This document shows, piece by piece, positions 18,066-27,114 of a stretch of 52,101 nucleotides of DNA. This stretch comes from Pseudoxanthomonas sp. (GTDB lineage: Bacteria; Pseudomonadota; Gammaproteobacteria; Xanthomonadales; Xanthomonadaceae). The stretch lies in the NCBI GenBank assembly GCA_052040085.1, contig JBQGFJ010000293.1:1-52101 (forward strand), given 5' to 3'. The position numbers were made by a program, and so were the translations under genes. The first letter of the stretch is position 1. Every line of letters starts with the position of its first letter. The notes under the pieces are model-generated. The model saw nothing but the letters and a program-made list of their open reading frames with translations, was not told where the DNA came from and made no database searches.

Positions 18066-18097
18066 ATTAGTTGACTCTAATATTAGACGATGCTAAT
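18066..18097. promoter_or_regulatory. Tandem palindromic operator (ATTAG-N6-CTAAT)x2 in the divergent promoter
   Basis: ATTAG-TTGACT-CTAAT directly followed by ATTAG-ACGATG-CTAAT in an AT-rich 92-bp intergenic region. Confidence 0.7.
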
Positions 18098-18139
18098 TTA
18101 TTTGCAAGTGCCCTATCCCTTTCCTCCCGGAGCCTTGCC

Positions 18140-18343
18140 ATGAACCTTGACCGTGCCGTCCTTGCCTTTGCCGGCGTGATGATCCTGACCAGTGCCGCGC
18201 TGGTGTATTTCGTTTCCCCGTGGTGGTTGCTGCTGACGGCCTTCGTCGGCCTGAACCTGCTGCAAGCGAGCGTCACCGGCTTCTGTCCGGCCGCCATCGT
18301 GTTCCGCAAGCTGGGCATCGCCAGCGGCTGCGCCTTCAAGTGA
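18140..18343 (+). CDS. DUF2892 / YgaP-like small membrane protein
   Basis: DRAV..FAG, FVGLNLLQASVTGFCP. Confidence 0.85.
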   Translation: MNLDRAVLAFAGVMILTSAALVYFVSPWWLLLTAFVGLNLLQASVTGFCPAAIVFRKLGIASGCAFK

Positions 18344-18348
18344 TCCGC

Positions 18349-19419
18349 ATGGACACCGTTTCCCCTCGACTTGCCTGGCCACTGTTGCTGGGCATGGCAC
18401 TGGCCGCCTGCAGCAGCGACAGCGAAGTGCCGGTTTTGCCGGCCGTGAAGGATGTCGATACCCGTATCGTGGCCATGGCCGAGGGTGCCCACGGACGTCA
18501 GTGGGATGGCGTGGTGGAAGCGGTGAACCAGGCCACGCTGTCCGCCCAGACCCAGGGCCGCGTGGTGCGCGTGGCGCATGACGTGAACGACCGCGTGGAT
18601 GCCGGTACGGTGCTGTTGCAACTGACCGCCGTGGAACAACAGGCAGGCAGCGATACTGCACGCGCGCAACTGCGTGCCGCGGAAGCCGCCGCCGCCGAAG
18701 CCGACAGTCAGTACCGTCGCTTCGCCGCATTGGCCGATGGCCAGTTCGTGTCGAAGGCGCAGATCGATCAGGCGCGTGCGGCGCGCGATACCGCCGTTGC
18801 CGCACGCGACGCGGCGCGCGCGCAGTTGGCGCAGGCCGGACAACAGGCCGATTACACCGTGGTGCGCAGTCCTTATGGCGGCATCGTCAGCGCGCGCAAC
18901 GTGGAGCCGGGCGAAAGCGTCAATCCCGGACAGCCGCTGATGACGGTATTCGCACCGGATGCCCTGCGCATCGAAGTGCGCGTGCCGCAGGCCGATGCGG
19001 ATGCCATCCGCACGCAACCCCGCGCCACCATCACCTTCGCCGATGGCCGTGAAGTGGAAGCAGCCAACGTAGTGGTGTTCCCCAGTGCCGATGCCGCCAC
19101 CCACAGCGTACCGGTGCGCATCAGCCTGCCGGCGCTGGATCCGGCTCCGGTACCGGGCAGCACGGCCAAGGTACTGTTTCCCGCCGTGGATGGCGCAACG
19201 TATCCGCGCATCCCCGATTCCGCGGTGGTTCGCCGCGGGGAAATGGAAGCGGTCTATGTGCTGGCCGATGGTTACCTGAGCCTGCGCCAGCTCCGGCTGG
19301 GCACGCGCACGGGTGGCGAGGTGGACGTGATTGCAGGCCTCAAGCCGGGTGAAACCATCGCCACTGATCCGGTGCAAGCCTTGCAAGCACTGGTGCAATC
19401 GCGACAAGGCGGGCACTGA
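18349..19419 (+). CDS. RND efflux periplasmic adaptor (MFP), lipoprotein
   Basis: Lipobox LAAC, lipoyl-like halves, Ala-rich hairpin, GLKPGETI. Confidence 0.88.
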   Translation: MDTVSPRLAWPLLLGMALAACSSDSEVPVLPAVKDVDTRIVAMAEGAHGRQWDGVVEAVNQATLSAQTQGRVVRVAHDVNDRVDAGTVLLQLTAVEQQAGSDTARAQLRAAEAAAAEADSQYRRFAALADGQFVSKAQIDQARAARDTAVAARDAARAQLAQAGQQADYTVVRSPYGGIVSARNVEPGESVNPGQPLMTVFAPDALRIEVRVPQADADAIRTQPRATITFADGREVEAANVVVFPSADAATHSVPVRISLPALDPAPVPGSTAKVLFPAVDGATYPRIPDSAVVRRGEMEAVYVLADGYLSLRQLRLGTRTGGEVDVIAGLKPGETIATDPVQALQALVQSRQGGH

Positions 19420-19420
19420 C

Positions 19421-22400
19421 ATGGCCGCCACGCCGGACTCCACGCCGCTCGGTTTCTCCGGGCGGATCGCGCGCACCTTCCAGGATAATCCGCTGACGCC
19501 GATCCTCGCCGTGCTGGGCCTGCTGCTGGGCCTGGTGGCGGTGATGATCACGCCGCGCGAGGAAGAACCGCAGATCGACGTGACCATGGCCAACGTGATG
19601 GTGCCGTTCCCCGGCGCCAGCGCACGGCAGGTCGAACAGATGGTCAGCTTTCCGCTGGAGCAACGGCTCTCGGAGATCGAGGGCGTCAAGCACGTTTATT
19701 CGATCAGCCGGCCCGGCATGGCCGTGGTCACCGTGGAATACCAGGTGGGCGTGGAGCGACAGCCGGCGCTGGTGCGCCTGTACGACAAGGTGTTCTCCAA
19801 CCAGGACTGGATGCCGCAGAACTTCGGCGTCGGCCAGCCCATCGTCAAACCCAAGGGCATCGACGACGTCCCGGTGATGGCGCTGACCCTGTGGACCGAT
19901 GATCCCGATCGCAGTGCGCTGGACCTGGCCGAGGTGGCGCACTCGCTGGAAACCGAACTCAAGCGCATCCCCGGCACGCGCGACATCCATACCATCGGTA
20001 CGCCGGAACGTGCCGCCATGGTGACCCTGGACCCGGCACGGCTGGCCAGCCATGGCCTGACCGTGGGCGATATTGCGCAGGCGCTGCAATCCGCCAACCT
20101 GGCCCGCCATGCGGGCGAGCGCATCGGTGCCGATGGCGCGGCACAGGTCACCGCGGGCCGCTTCCTCGCCGACCGCGGCGAAGTCGCGCAATTGGTGCTG
20201 GGTCTGCGTGACGGCCAGCCCGTGCGCATTGCAGACATCGCCGACATTGGCGATTCAGACCGTCCGGTCTCCTACGTCTGGCACGGTGCACCCGCCGGCC
20301 GCGACGGTCCCGCCAGCGGCACCGCTCCAGCAGTGACCCTGGCCATTGCCAAGCAACCCGGCAGCAATGCCTCGGACATCACCCGCGCGGTGGAACAGCG
20401 TGTCGAAGCCCTGCGCGGCCAACTCATCCCAGATGGCATCGAAGTACAGGTCACCCGCGACTACGGCCAAACCGCCAGCGACAAGGCGATGAAGCTGATC
20501 CAGAAGCTGGTGTTCGCCACCGGTTCGGTCGTGCTTCTGGTACTGCTGGCACTGGGTTGGCGCGAAGCCATCGTGATCGGTGCGGCGGTGGTGCTGACCT
20601 TGGCGCTGACCCTGTTCGCCTCGTGGGCGATGGGCTTCACCCTCAACCGCGTTTCCCTGTTCGCGCTGATCTTCTCCATCGGCATATTGGTGGATGACGC
20701 CATCGTGGTGGTGGAGAACATCCACCGGCACATGGCGCAAGGCGGCAAAACGCTGCGTGAGGCCATTCCCGCCGCAGTGGACGAAGTGGGCGGACCGACC
20801 ATCCTGGCCACCTTCACCGTGATTGCCGCACTGATGCCCATGGCCTTCGTCAGCGGGCTGATGGGGCCGTACATGCGGCCGATCCCGATCAACGCCTCGG
20901 TCGGCATGTTGCTGTCGCTGGCGGTCGCCCTGGTGGTCACGCCATGGCTGTCGCTGAAGCTGCTGTCGCGCCACGTGCCCGACCATGCCGCGCACGACGG
21001 AACCAGCGGCCACGCCGCCGGCACCATGGCCGCGCGCCTGCATGCGCTGTTCACCCGCCTGATGACACCGTTCCTGCATCGTGAACGCGGCGCACGCCGG
21101 CGCGGCTGGCTATTCGCTTCGATGGCCGGACTGGTCTTGCTCGCAGTGAGCCTGGCCGCCGTGCAATGGGTGGTGTTGAAGATGCTGCCGTTCGACAACA
21201 AATCCGAATTGCAGATCGTGGTGGACCTGCCGGAAGGCCGCACGCTGGAAGACACCCATGCGCTGTTGACCGAACTCTCCCGCGTGCTGGACCGCACGCC
21301 GGAAGTGCGTGACTACCAGGGGTATGCCGGTACTTCTGCACCGATCAATTTCAATGGACTGGTGCGGCAATACTTCCTGCGCGAAGGCGCGAACGTGGGC
21401 GACCTGCAGGTCAATCTGGTCGACAAGCACCATCGCGACCGGCAAAGCCATGCCATCGCCCGCGACCTGCGCACGCCATTGGCCGAGATCGGCCGCCGCC
21501 ACGGCGCCTCGGTGAAGGTGGTGGAAGTACCGCCCGGCCCGCCAGTGCTGTCCCCCATCGTGGCCGAAATCTACGGACCGGACTACGCCCTGCAGCGCCG
21601 CATCGGGCACACACTGGAACAACGTTTCCTCTCCACCGACGGCATCGTCGACGTGGACAGCAGCGTGGAAGCAGACGCCTCGCGCGAAGTGCTGGTGATC
21701 GATCGCGAACGCGCAGCACGATTGGGCGTGGACCAAGCGCAGATCGCCGATACGCTGGCCGCCGGATTGGGCGGGCTGGATGCCAGTTGGCTGGTGGACG
21801 AGCATTCGAAATATCCGCGTCCGATCCGCCTGCGCCTGTCGCCGCAGGACCAGGCCGAACTGGCACGCACGCTGGCGCTCGACGTGCGTGGCAATGACGG
21901 ACGCCAGGTGCCGCTGGCGGAACTGGTGCGCGTGGAAACCACGACCTGGGACGGCAACATCCACCACAAGGACCTGCTGCCGGTGGTCTACGTGATGGGT
22001 GACGAAAGCAGCCGCATCGACAGCCCGCTGTACGGCATGTTCGATCTGGTCGGGCAAGTGGCGGACAACGCCATCGACGGCCACCGGCTGTCCCAGTTCT
22101 TCGTCCGCCAGCCCGCCGACACCAGCGGCTTCGCCATCAAGTGGGACGGTGAATGGCAGATCACCTATGAAACCTTCCGCGACATGGGCATCGCCTATGC
22201 CGCCGGCATGGTGTTGATCTACTTGCTGGTGGTCGCCTATTTCCGCAACTACATGGTGCCGCTGGTGATCATGGCGCCGATTCCGTTGACCGTGATCGGG
22301 GTGATGCCGGGCCACGCGCTGTTGGGCGCACAGTTCACCGCCACCAGCATGATCGGCATGATCGCGCTGGCCGGCATCATCGTGCGCAATTCGATCCTGC

Positions 22401-22675
22401 TGGTGGATTTCATCAACCACCTGCTGGAGCGCGGCAGCACGCTGGAGGACGCGGTGATCGACGCCTGCGCGGTGCGTGCGCAACCCATTGCGCTGACCGC
22501 ACTGGCGGCGATGTCCGGTGCCTTCTTCATCCTGGACGATCCCATCTTCAACGGCCTGGCCATTTCGCTGATCTTCGGGATCTTGGTATCCACGGTACTG
22601 ACACTGGTGGTGATCCCGCTGCTCTACTACACCCTGCTCCACCGCAAACCCCGGTTGGAGGCTGCCGCTGCATGA
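19421..22675 (+). CDS. RND efflux permease (AcrB/AcrD/AcrF family)
   Basis: PREEEPQI, IGILVDDAIVVVENI, PFDNKSE, GIIVRNSILLVDF; 12-TM architecture. Confidence 0.92.
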   Translation: MAATPDSTPLGFSGRIARTFQDNPLTPILAVLGLLLGLVAVMITPREEEPQIDVTMANVMVPFPGASARQVEQMVSFPLEQRLSEIEGVKHVYSISRPGMAVVTVEYQVGVERQPALVRLYDKVFSNQDWMPQNFGVGQPIVKPKGIDDVPVMALTLWTDDPDRSALDLAEVAHSLETELKRIPGTRDIHTIGTPERAAMVTLDPARLASHGLTVGDIAQALQSANLARHAGERIGADGAAQVTAGRFLADRGEVAQLVLGLRDGQPVRIADIADIGDSDRPVSYVWHGAPAGRDGPASGTAPAVTLAIAKQPGSNASDITRAVEQRVEALRGQLIPDGIEVQVTRDYGQTASDKAMKLIQKLVFATGSVVLLVLLALGWREAIVIGAAVVLTLALTLFASWAMGFTLNRVSLFALIFSIGILVDDAIVVVENIHRHMAQGGKTLREAIPAAVDEVGGPTILATFTVIAALMPMAFVSGLMGPYMRPIPINASVGMLLSLAVALVVTPWLSLKLLSRHVPDHAAHDGTSGHAAGTMAARLHALFTRLMTPFLHRERGARRRGWLFASMAGLVLLAVSLAAVQWVVLKMLPFDNKSELQIVVDLPEGRTLEDTHALLTELSRVLDRTPEVRDYQGYAGTSAPINFNGLVRQYFLREGANVGDLQVNLVDKHHRDRQSHAIARDLRTPLAEIGRRHGASVKVVEVPPGPPVLSPIVAEIYGPDYALQRRIGHTLEQRFLSTDGIVDVDSSVEADASREVLVIDRERAARLGVDQAQIADTLAAGLGGLDASWLVDEHSKYPRPIRLRLSPQDQAELARTLALDVRGNDGRQVPLAELVRVETTTWDGNIHHKDLLPVVYVMGDESSRIDSPLYGMFDLVGQVADNAIDGHRLSQFFVRQPADTSGFAIKWDGEWQITYETFRDMGIAYAAGMVLIYLLVVAYFRNYMVPLVIMAPIPLTVIGVMPGHALLGAQFTATSMIGMIALAGIIVRNSILLVDFINHLLERGSTLEDAVIDACAVRAQPIALTALAAMSGAFFILDDPIFNGLAISLIFGILVSTVLTLVVIPLLYYTLLHRKPRLEAAAA

Positions 22676-22813
22676 AACCCACCGGCAGCCATGGCAACCA
22701 ACGCTCCATGACGGGGATGCCGGCAAAGCCGCCCCGTCCATGCGCCCGGACATGCACGCCCAACATCGGCAAGGCTTACTATCAGGCCATCTGCCTGCCT
22801 TCCGGAGCTTTCC

Positions 22814-23617
22814 ATGAAGATGCGTTCCAAGCCTGAATATGACGATGACCAGCCCCGGCTGGCGGTATTGATCGATGCTGACAATGCCCAGCCCGGCGTC
22901 ATAGAAGGGCTGCTGGCCGAGGTGGCCAAATATGGCCTGGCCAGCGTCAAGCGGATCTACGGCGACTTCACCAGCACGCGCATGAACCAGTGGAAACAAG
23001 CGTTGCTGAAACACTCGATCAATCCGGTGCAGCAATTCGCCTACACCAGCGGCAAGAACGCCACCGACAGTTCACTCATCATCGATGCGATGGACCTGCT
23101 GTACACCAATCGCTTCGACGGGTTCTGCCTGGTCTCCAGCGACAGCGATTTCACCCGCCTGGCACAACGGCTTCGCGAACAAGGACTGACCGTCTACGGG
23201 TTTGGCGAACAGAAGACCCCCGACGCCTTCGTGCAGGCCTGCGACAAGTTCATCTACACCGAAGTACTGCGCACTCAGAAGCCGCTGGACGAAGCACCTT
23301 CCGCACCGACCAAGGCCACGCAGAAGACAAAGGCCAAACCCGCTGCGAAGGACGTGCCCGCCAAGCCCGCCACTCCCGCAAAAGCCAGCTTGCCACTGGA
23401 CCTGTTGCGCCAGGCCATAGAGGACGCATCGGACGAGCAAGGCTGGGCCTTCCTTGGCAGCGTGGGCAGTTACCTCAACAAGGTGCGGCCCGATTTCGAT
23501 GCCCGCCTGTACGGGCACAAGAAACTCAGTGACCTGCTTCGCAAGCACGCAGCCCATTTCGAAGTACAGGAGCGCGGCGACGGCAGTGCCAAGCGATTTT
23601 ACGTGCGCGCACTCTGA
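22814..23617 (+). CDS. NYN-domain (LabA/DUF88) protein with C-terminal OST-HTH/LOTUS
   Basis: LIDADN, GKNATD, VSSDSDF, PA-rich linker, PDFDARLYGHKKLSDL. Confidence 0.88.
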   Translation: MKMRSKPEYDDDQPRLAVLIDADNAQPGVIEGLLAEVAKYGLASVKRIYGDFTSTRMNQWKQALLKHSINPVQQFAYTSGKNATDSSLIIDAMDLLYTNRFDGFCLVSSDSDFTRLAQRLREQGLTVYGFGEQKTPDAFVQACDKFIYTEVLRTQKPLDEAPSAPTKATQKTKAKPAAKDVPAKPATPAKASLPLDLLRQAIEDASDEQGWAFLGSVGSYLNKVRPDFDARLYGHKKLSDLLRKHAAHFEVQERGDGSAKRFYVRAL

Positions 23618-23656
23618 AGCCCGCACACATCGAGACATCACCCCAGGAGACTTGCC

Positions 23657-24124
23657 ATGAGTGACGAACAGATCATCCGTTTGACCGTGGAGCAGGAGCA
23701 GGATTACGCCTTCCGCATCCGCTTCGACGAAACCAGCCTGCCGGACCTGCTCACCGATGAACCATCGCCATTGGGCACCGACACCGGCCCCAACCCTTCG
23801 CGCATGCTGGTAGCCGCTGTGGCGAATTGCCTGACCGCAAGCCTGTTGTTCGCACTGCGCAAGTTCAAGAACCAGCCCGGCCCGCTCATCACCACCGCCA
23901 CCGCGCGGATGGGCCGCAACGAACAGGGACGGCTGCGCGTTGAGCACATCCAGTGCGACGTGAAGCTGGCCGAAGCCGCCGCCGACCATGCCTCGATGGA
24001 ACGCATCCTGGCGCAGTTCGAGAACTTCTGCGTGGTCACCGAAAGCGTGCGCAGCGGCGTGGACGTCACCATCAGCGTCAGCGACGCGGACGGCAACCTG
24101 CTGCACGGCAAGCGGGCAGGCTGA
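23657..24124 (+). CDS. OsmC-family protein
   Basis: DEP.PLG...GPNP, VANCL, NFCVVT (two Cys); RBS AGGAG. Confidence 0.85.
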   Translation: MSDEQIIRLTVEQEQDYAFRIRFDETSLPDLLTDEPSPLGTDTGPNPSRMLVAAVANCLTASLLFALRKFKNQPGPLITTATARMGRNEQGRLRVEHIQCDVKLAEAAADHASMERILAQFENFCVVTESVRSGVDVTISVSDADGNLLHGKRAG

Positions 24125-24245
24125 ACATCCCCAAGGGCATCCCCGCGATGGGCGGGTGATGCCGGTTTGTCAACGGGTTCCCACGCGGCGCCAGCATTGC
24201 CACAATCGCCGACTCGCGGCCAGCGCCGCCCATTCGACGGATGCA

Positions 24246-26606
24246 ATGCAGGACATCAGCCCCGCGCTCGCGCGCAAGATCGCCACCACCATTGCCGATG
24301 AAATCGGTGCCAAACCCGAACAGGCCAGCGCCGCCATCGCGCTGCTGGACGAAGGCGCCACCGTGCCGTTCATCGCGCGCTACCGCAAGGAAGCCACCGG
24401 CGGACTGGACGACACCCAGCTGCGCAACCTGGAAGTACGGCTGATCTACCTGCGCGAGATGGAGGAACGCCGTGCCGCGATCCTCGCCAGCATCGACGAG
24501 CAGGGAAAACTGAGCGACGAACTGCGCAGCGAGATCGAAGCCGCCGACAGCAAGGCACGGCTGGAAGACCTGTACCTGCCCTACAAACCCAAGCGCCGCA
24601 CCCGCGCGCAGATTGCGCGTGAAGCGGGGCTGGAACCGCTGGCCGATGGCCTGCTGGAAGATCCCACTCGCGTGCCGGAGGCATTCGCCGCCAGCTTCGT
24701 CGATGCGGAAAAGGGCGTGGCCGACACCAAGGCCGCATTGGAAGGCGCACGCGCCATCCTGATGGAACGCTGGGGCGAAGACGCCACCCTGATTGGTGAA
24801 CTGCGTGACTGGTTGAGCGCCAATGGCGTGATCCGTTCCAAAGTGGTGGAAGGCAAGGAAATCGCGGGCGAAAAATTCCGCGATTACTTCGACCACGCCG
24901 AACTGCTGGCCAAGATTCCGTCGCATCGCCTGCTGGCGCTGTTCCGCGGACGCCGCGAAGAGTTCCTGCAACTCGACCTGGAGCCGGGCACCGATGCCGA
25001 TGCCGGCCACCTGTATGCCGAAGGCCGCGTCGCCCTGCATGCCGGCGTGTCCGACCGTGGCCGTGCCGCCGATACCTGGCTGCGCAACGCCTGCCGCCTG
25101 ACGTGGAAAGCCAAGCTGCACCTGCACCTGCTGCTGGATCTGTTCAACCAGGCGCGCGAGAAAGCCGAGGCCGAAGCCATCGCCATCTTCGGCGACAACC
25201 TCAAGGACCTGTTGCTGGCCGCACCCGCAGGCCCCAAGACCGTGCTGGGGCTGGACCCCGGCATCCGCACCGGCTGCAAGGTCGCGGTAGTCGATGCCAC
25301 CGGCAAGCTGGTCGCCACCGACACGCTGTATCCGCACGAACCCCGGCGCCAATGGGACCAGTCGCTGGCGGCGCTGAAGAAGTTGTGCATCACGCACGGC
25401 GTGAACCTGATCGCCATCGGCAACGGCACCGCTTCGCGCGAAACCGACAAGCTCGCCGGTGACCTGCTGGCGTTGGTGCCGGAACTGAAGATGCAGAAGA
25501 TCGTGGTCAGCGAAGCCGGTGCCTCGGTGTATTCGGCATCGGAATTGGCGGCCAAGGAATTCCCTGGCCTGGATGTGTCACTGCGTGGCGCGGTATCGAT
25601 TGCACGCCGCCTGCAGGACCCGCTGGCGGAACTGGTGAAGATCGAACCCAAGGCCATTGGCGTGGGCCAGTACCAGCATGACGTGGACCAGTACAAGCTC
25701 GCACGCGCGCTGGATGCGCGAGTGGAGGACTGCGTGAACGCGGTCGGCGTGTTCGTGAACACCGCGTCCAGTGCATTGCTGGCACGGGTATCCGGCTTGT
25801 CGGCTGGCGTGGCCGAGAACATCGTGGTGCATCGCGATGCCAATGGCCCCTTCCGGACACGGCGTGACCTGTTGAAAGTACCGCGCCTGGGCGAGAAGAC
25901 GTTCGAGCAATGCGCCGGCTTCCTGCGCATCGCAGATGGCGACGAGCCGCTGGACGCCTCCTCCGTGCATCCGGAAGCCTATCCGGTGGTGGAACGCATC
26001 GTGGCCGGCAGTGGCCGTGGCGTGAGCGCGATCATTGGCGATGGCAGCTTCGTGCGTGCGCTCAAGCCCGAGCAGTTCACCGACGAGACATTCGGCCTGC
26101 CCACCGTGCGCGACATCCTGAAGGAACTGGAAAAGCCCGGACGCGATCCACGCCCCGAATTCAAGGCGGCGAAGTTCGCCGACGGCGTGGAAGACATCAA
26201 GGACCTGCGCGAAGGCATGATCCTGGAAGGCGTGGTCAGCAACGTGGCCGCATTCGGCGCGTTCGTCGATATCGGCGTGCACCAGGATGGACTCGTCCAC
26301 ATCTCCGCACTGTCCGACACTTTCGTGAAGGATCCGCGCGAGGTGGTGAAGGCTGGTGACATCGTCAAGGTGAAGGTGCTGGAAGTGGATGTGGCCCGCA
26401 AGCGCATCGCACTCACGCGACGGCTGGACGATGCCCCTGCGCCGCGCGAAGCCAGGCAGGAAGCGCGCCGCGATGCCGGTCCACGCGAACCACACAATGG
26501 CCCGCGTGGCGGTGGCCAGCGCCCGAATCCCGGCACGCCCAAGCCCGGCGCCGCCCCGGCGAACAACGCATTGGCCGATGCTTTCGCGCGGGCCCGCAAG
26601 GGCTGA
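24246..26606 (+). CDS. tex: Tex-family RNA-binding transcription accessory protein
   Basis: [35 protein letters not shown]-terminal S1 domain. Confidence 0.95.
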   Translation: MQDISPALARKIATTIADEIGAKPEQASAAIALLDEGATVPFIARYRKEATGGLDDTQLRNLEVRLIYLREMEERRAAILASIDEQGKLSDELRSEIEAADSKARLEDLYLPYKPKRRTRAQIAREAGLEPLADGLLEDPTRVPEAFAASFVDAEKGVADTKAALEGARAILMERWGEDATLIGELRDWLSANGVIRSKVVEGKEIAGEKFRDYFDHAELLAKIPSHRLLALFRGRREEFLQLDLEPGTDADAGHLYAEGRVALHAGVSDRGRAADTWLRNACRLTWKAKLHLHLLLDLFNQAREKAEAEAIAIFGDNLKDLLLAAPAGPKTVLGLDPGIRTGCKVAVVDATGKLVATDTLYPHEPRRQWDQSLAALKKLCITHGVNLIAIGNGTASRETDKLAGDLLALVPELKMQKIVVSEAGASVYSASELAAKEFPGLDVSLRGAVSIARRLQDPLAELVKIEPKAIGVGQYQHDVDQYKLARALDARVEDCVNAVGVFVNTASSALLARVSGLSAGVAENIVVHRDANGPFRTRRDLLKVPRLGEKTFEQCAGFLRIADGDEPLDASSVHPEAYPVVERIVAGSGRGVSAIIGDGSFVRALKPEQFTDETFGLPTVRDILKELEKPGRDPRPEFKAAKFADGVEDIKDLREGMILEGVVSNVAAFGAFVDIGVHQDGLVHISALSDTFVKDPREVVKAGDIVKVKVLEVDVARKRIALTRRLDDAPAPREARQEARRDAGPREPHNGPRGGGQRPNPGTPKPGAAPANNALADAFARARKG

Positions 26607-26644
26607 TATCGTCTGCACACCGCCTGGTCCACCGGAGTCACCGC

Positions 26645-27061
26645 ATGCCATCGCTGGATACCCTGCACCGCTGTTTCCGCTGGATCGCCGTCCTCGCGAT
26701 CCTGATCAGCGTGGTGACCTGGACACTCGACCTGACCGGCGTGGTCTATGTCTGCCCGTTTTGCCGCGCCCAGCGCACGGTCATCGGATTGCTGGGCCTG
26801 CTGATGCTGCTGCCGGATCCACGCCACTGGCTGGTGCGCTGGCTGGCGGCCGTGTTCGGGGTGTTCGGACTGGTGGTGGCAGTGACCCAGCATTTCGCTG
26901 GCTGGCGGCGGATCCAGTCAGGCGAATTCGAACTCGCCAACCCGTTCGTGATCGATCCCTTCCTGCTCTCCGGCGTGGCGATCTTCATCATCACCGGACT
27001 GGTGCTGCTGCTGTTTTCGCATCCGGGAAAGGCGACGAATACGCAAACGTCCGGCGCGTGA
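26645..27061 (+). CDS. DsbB-like 4-TM membrane protein
   Basis: CPFCRAQR after TM1, QH after TM3, four hydrophobic segments. Confidence 0.65.
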   Translation: MPSLDTLHRCFRWIAVLAILISVVTWTLDLTGVVYVCPFCRAQRTVIGLLGLLMLLPDPRHWLVRWLAAVFGVFGLVVAVTQHFAGWRRIQSGEFELANPFVIDPFLLSGVAIFIITGLVLLLFSHPGKATNTQTSGA

Positions 27062-27072
27062 AGCGGCGCGCC

Positions 27073-27104
27073 CTCGATCCCACCCGCTGAATCACGGGAT
27101 CGAG
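27073..27104. terminator. Hairpin between convergent genes
   Basis: CTCGATCCC-N14-GGGATCGAG; no clear U-tract. Confidence 0.45.
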
Positions 27105-27114
27105 AACGTCTCGA

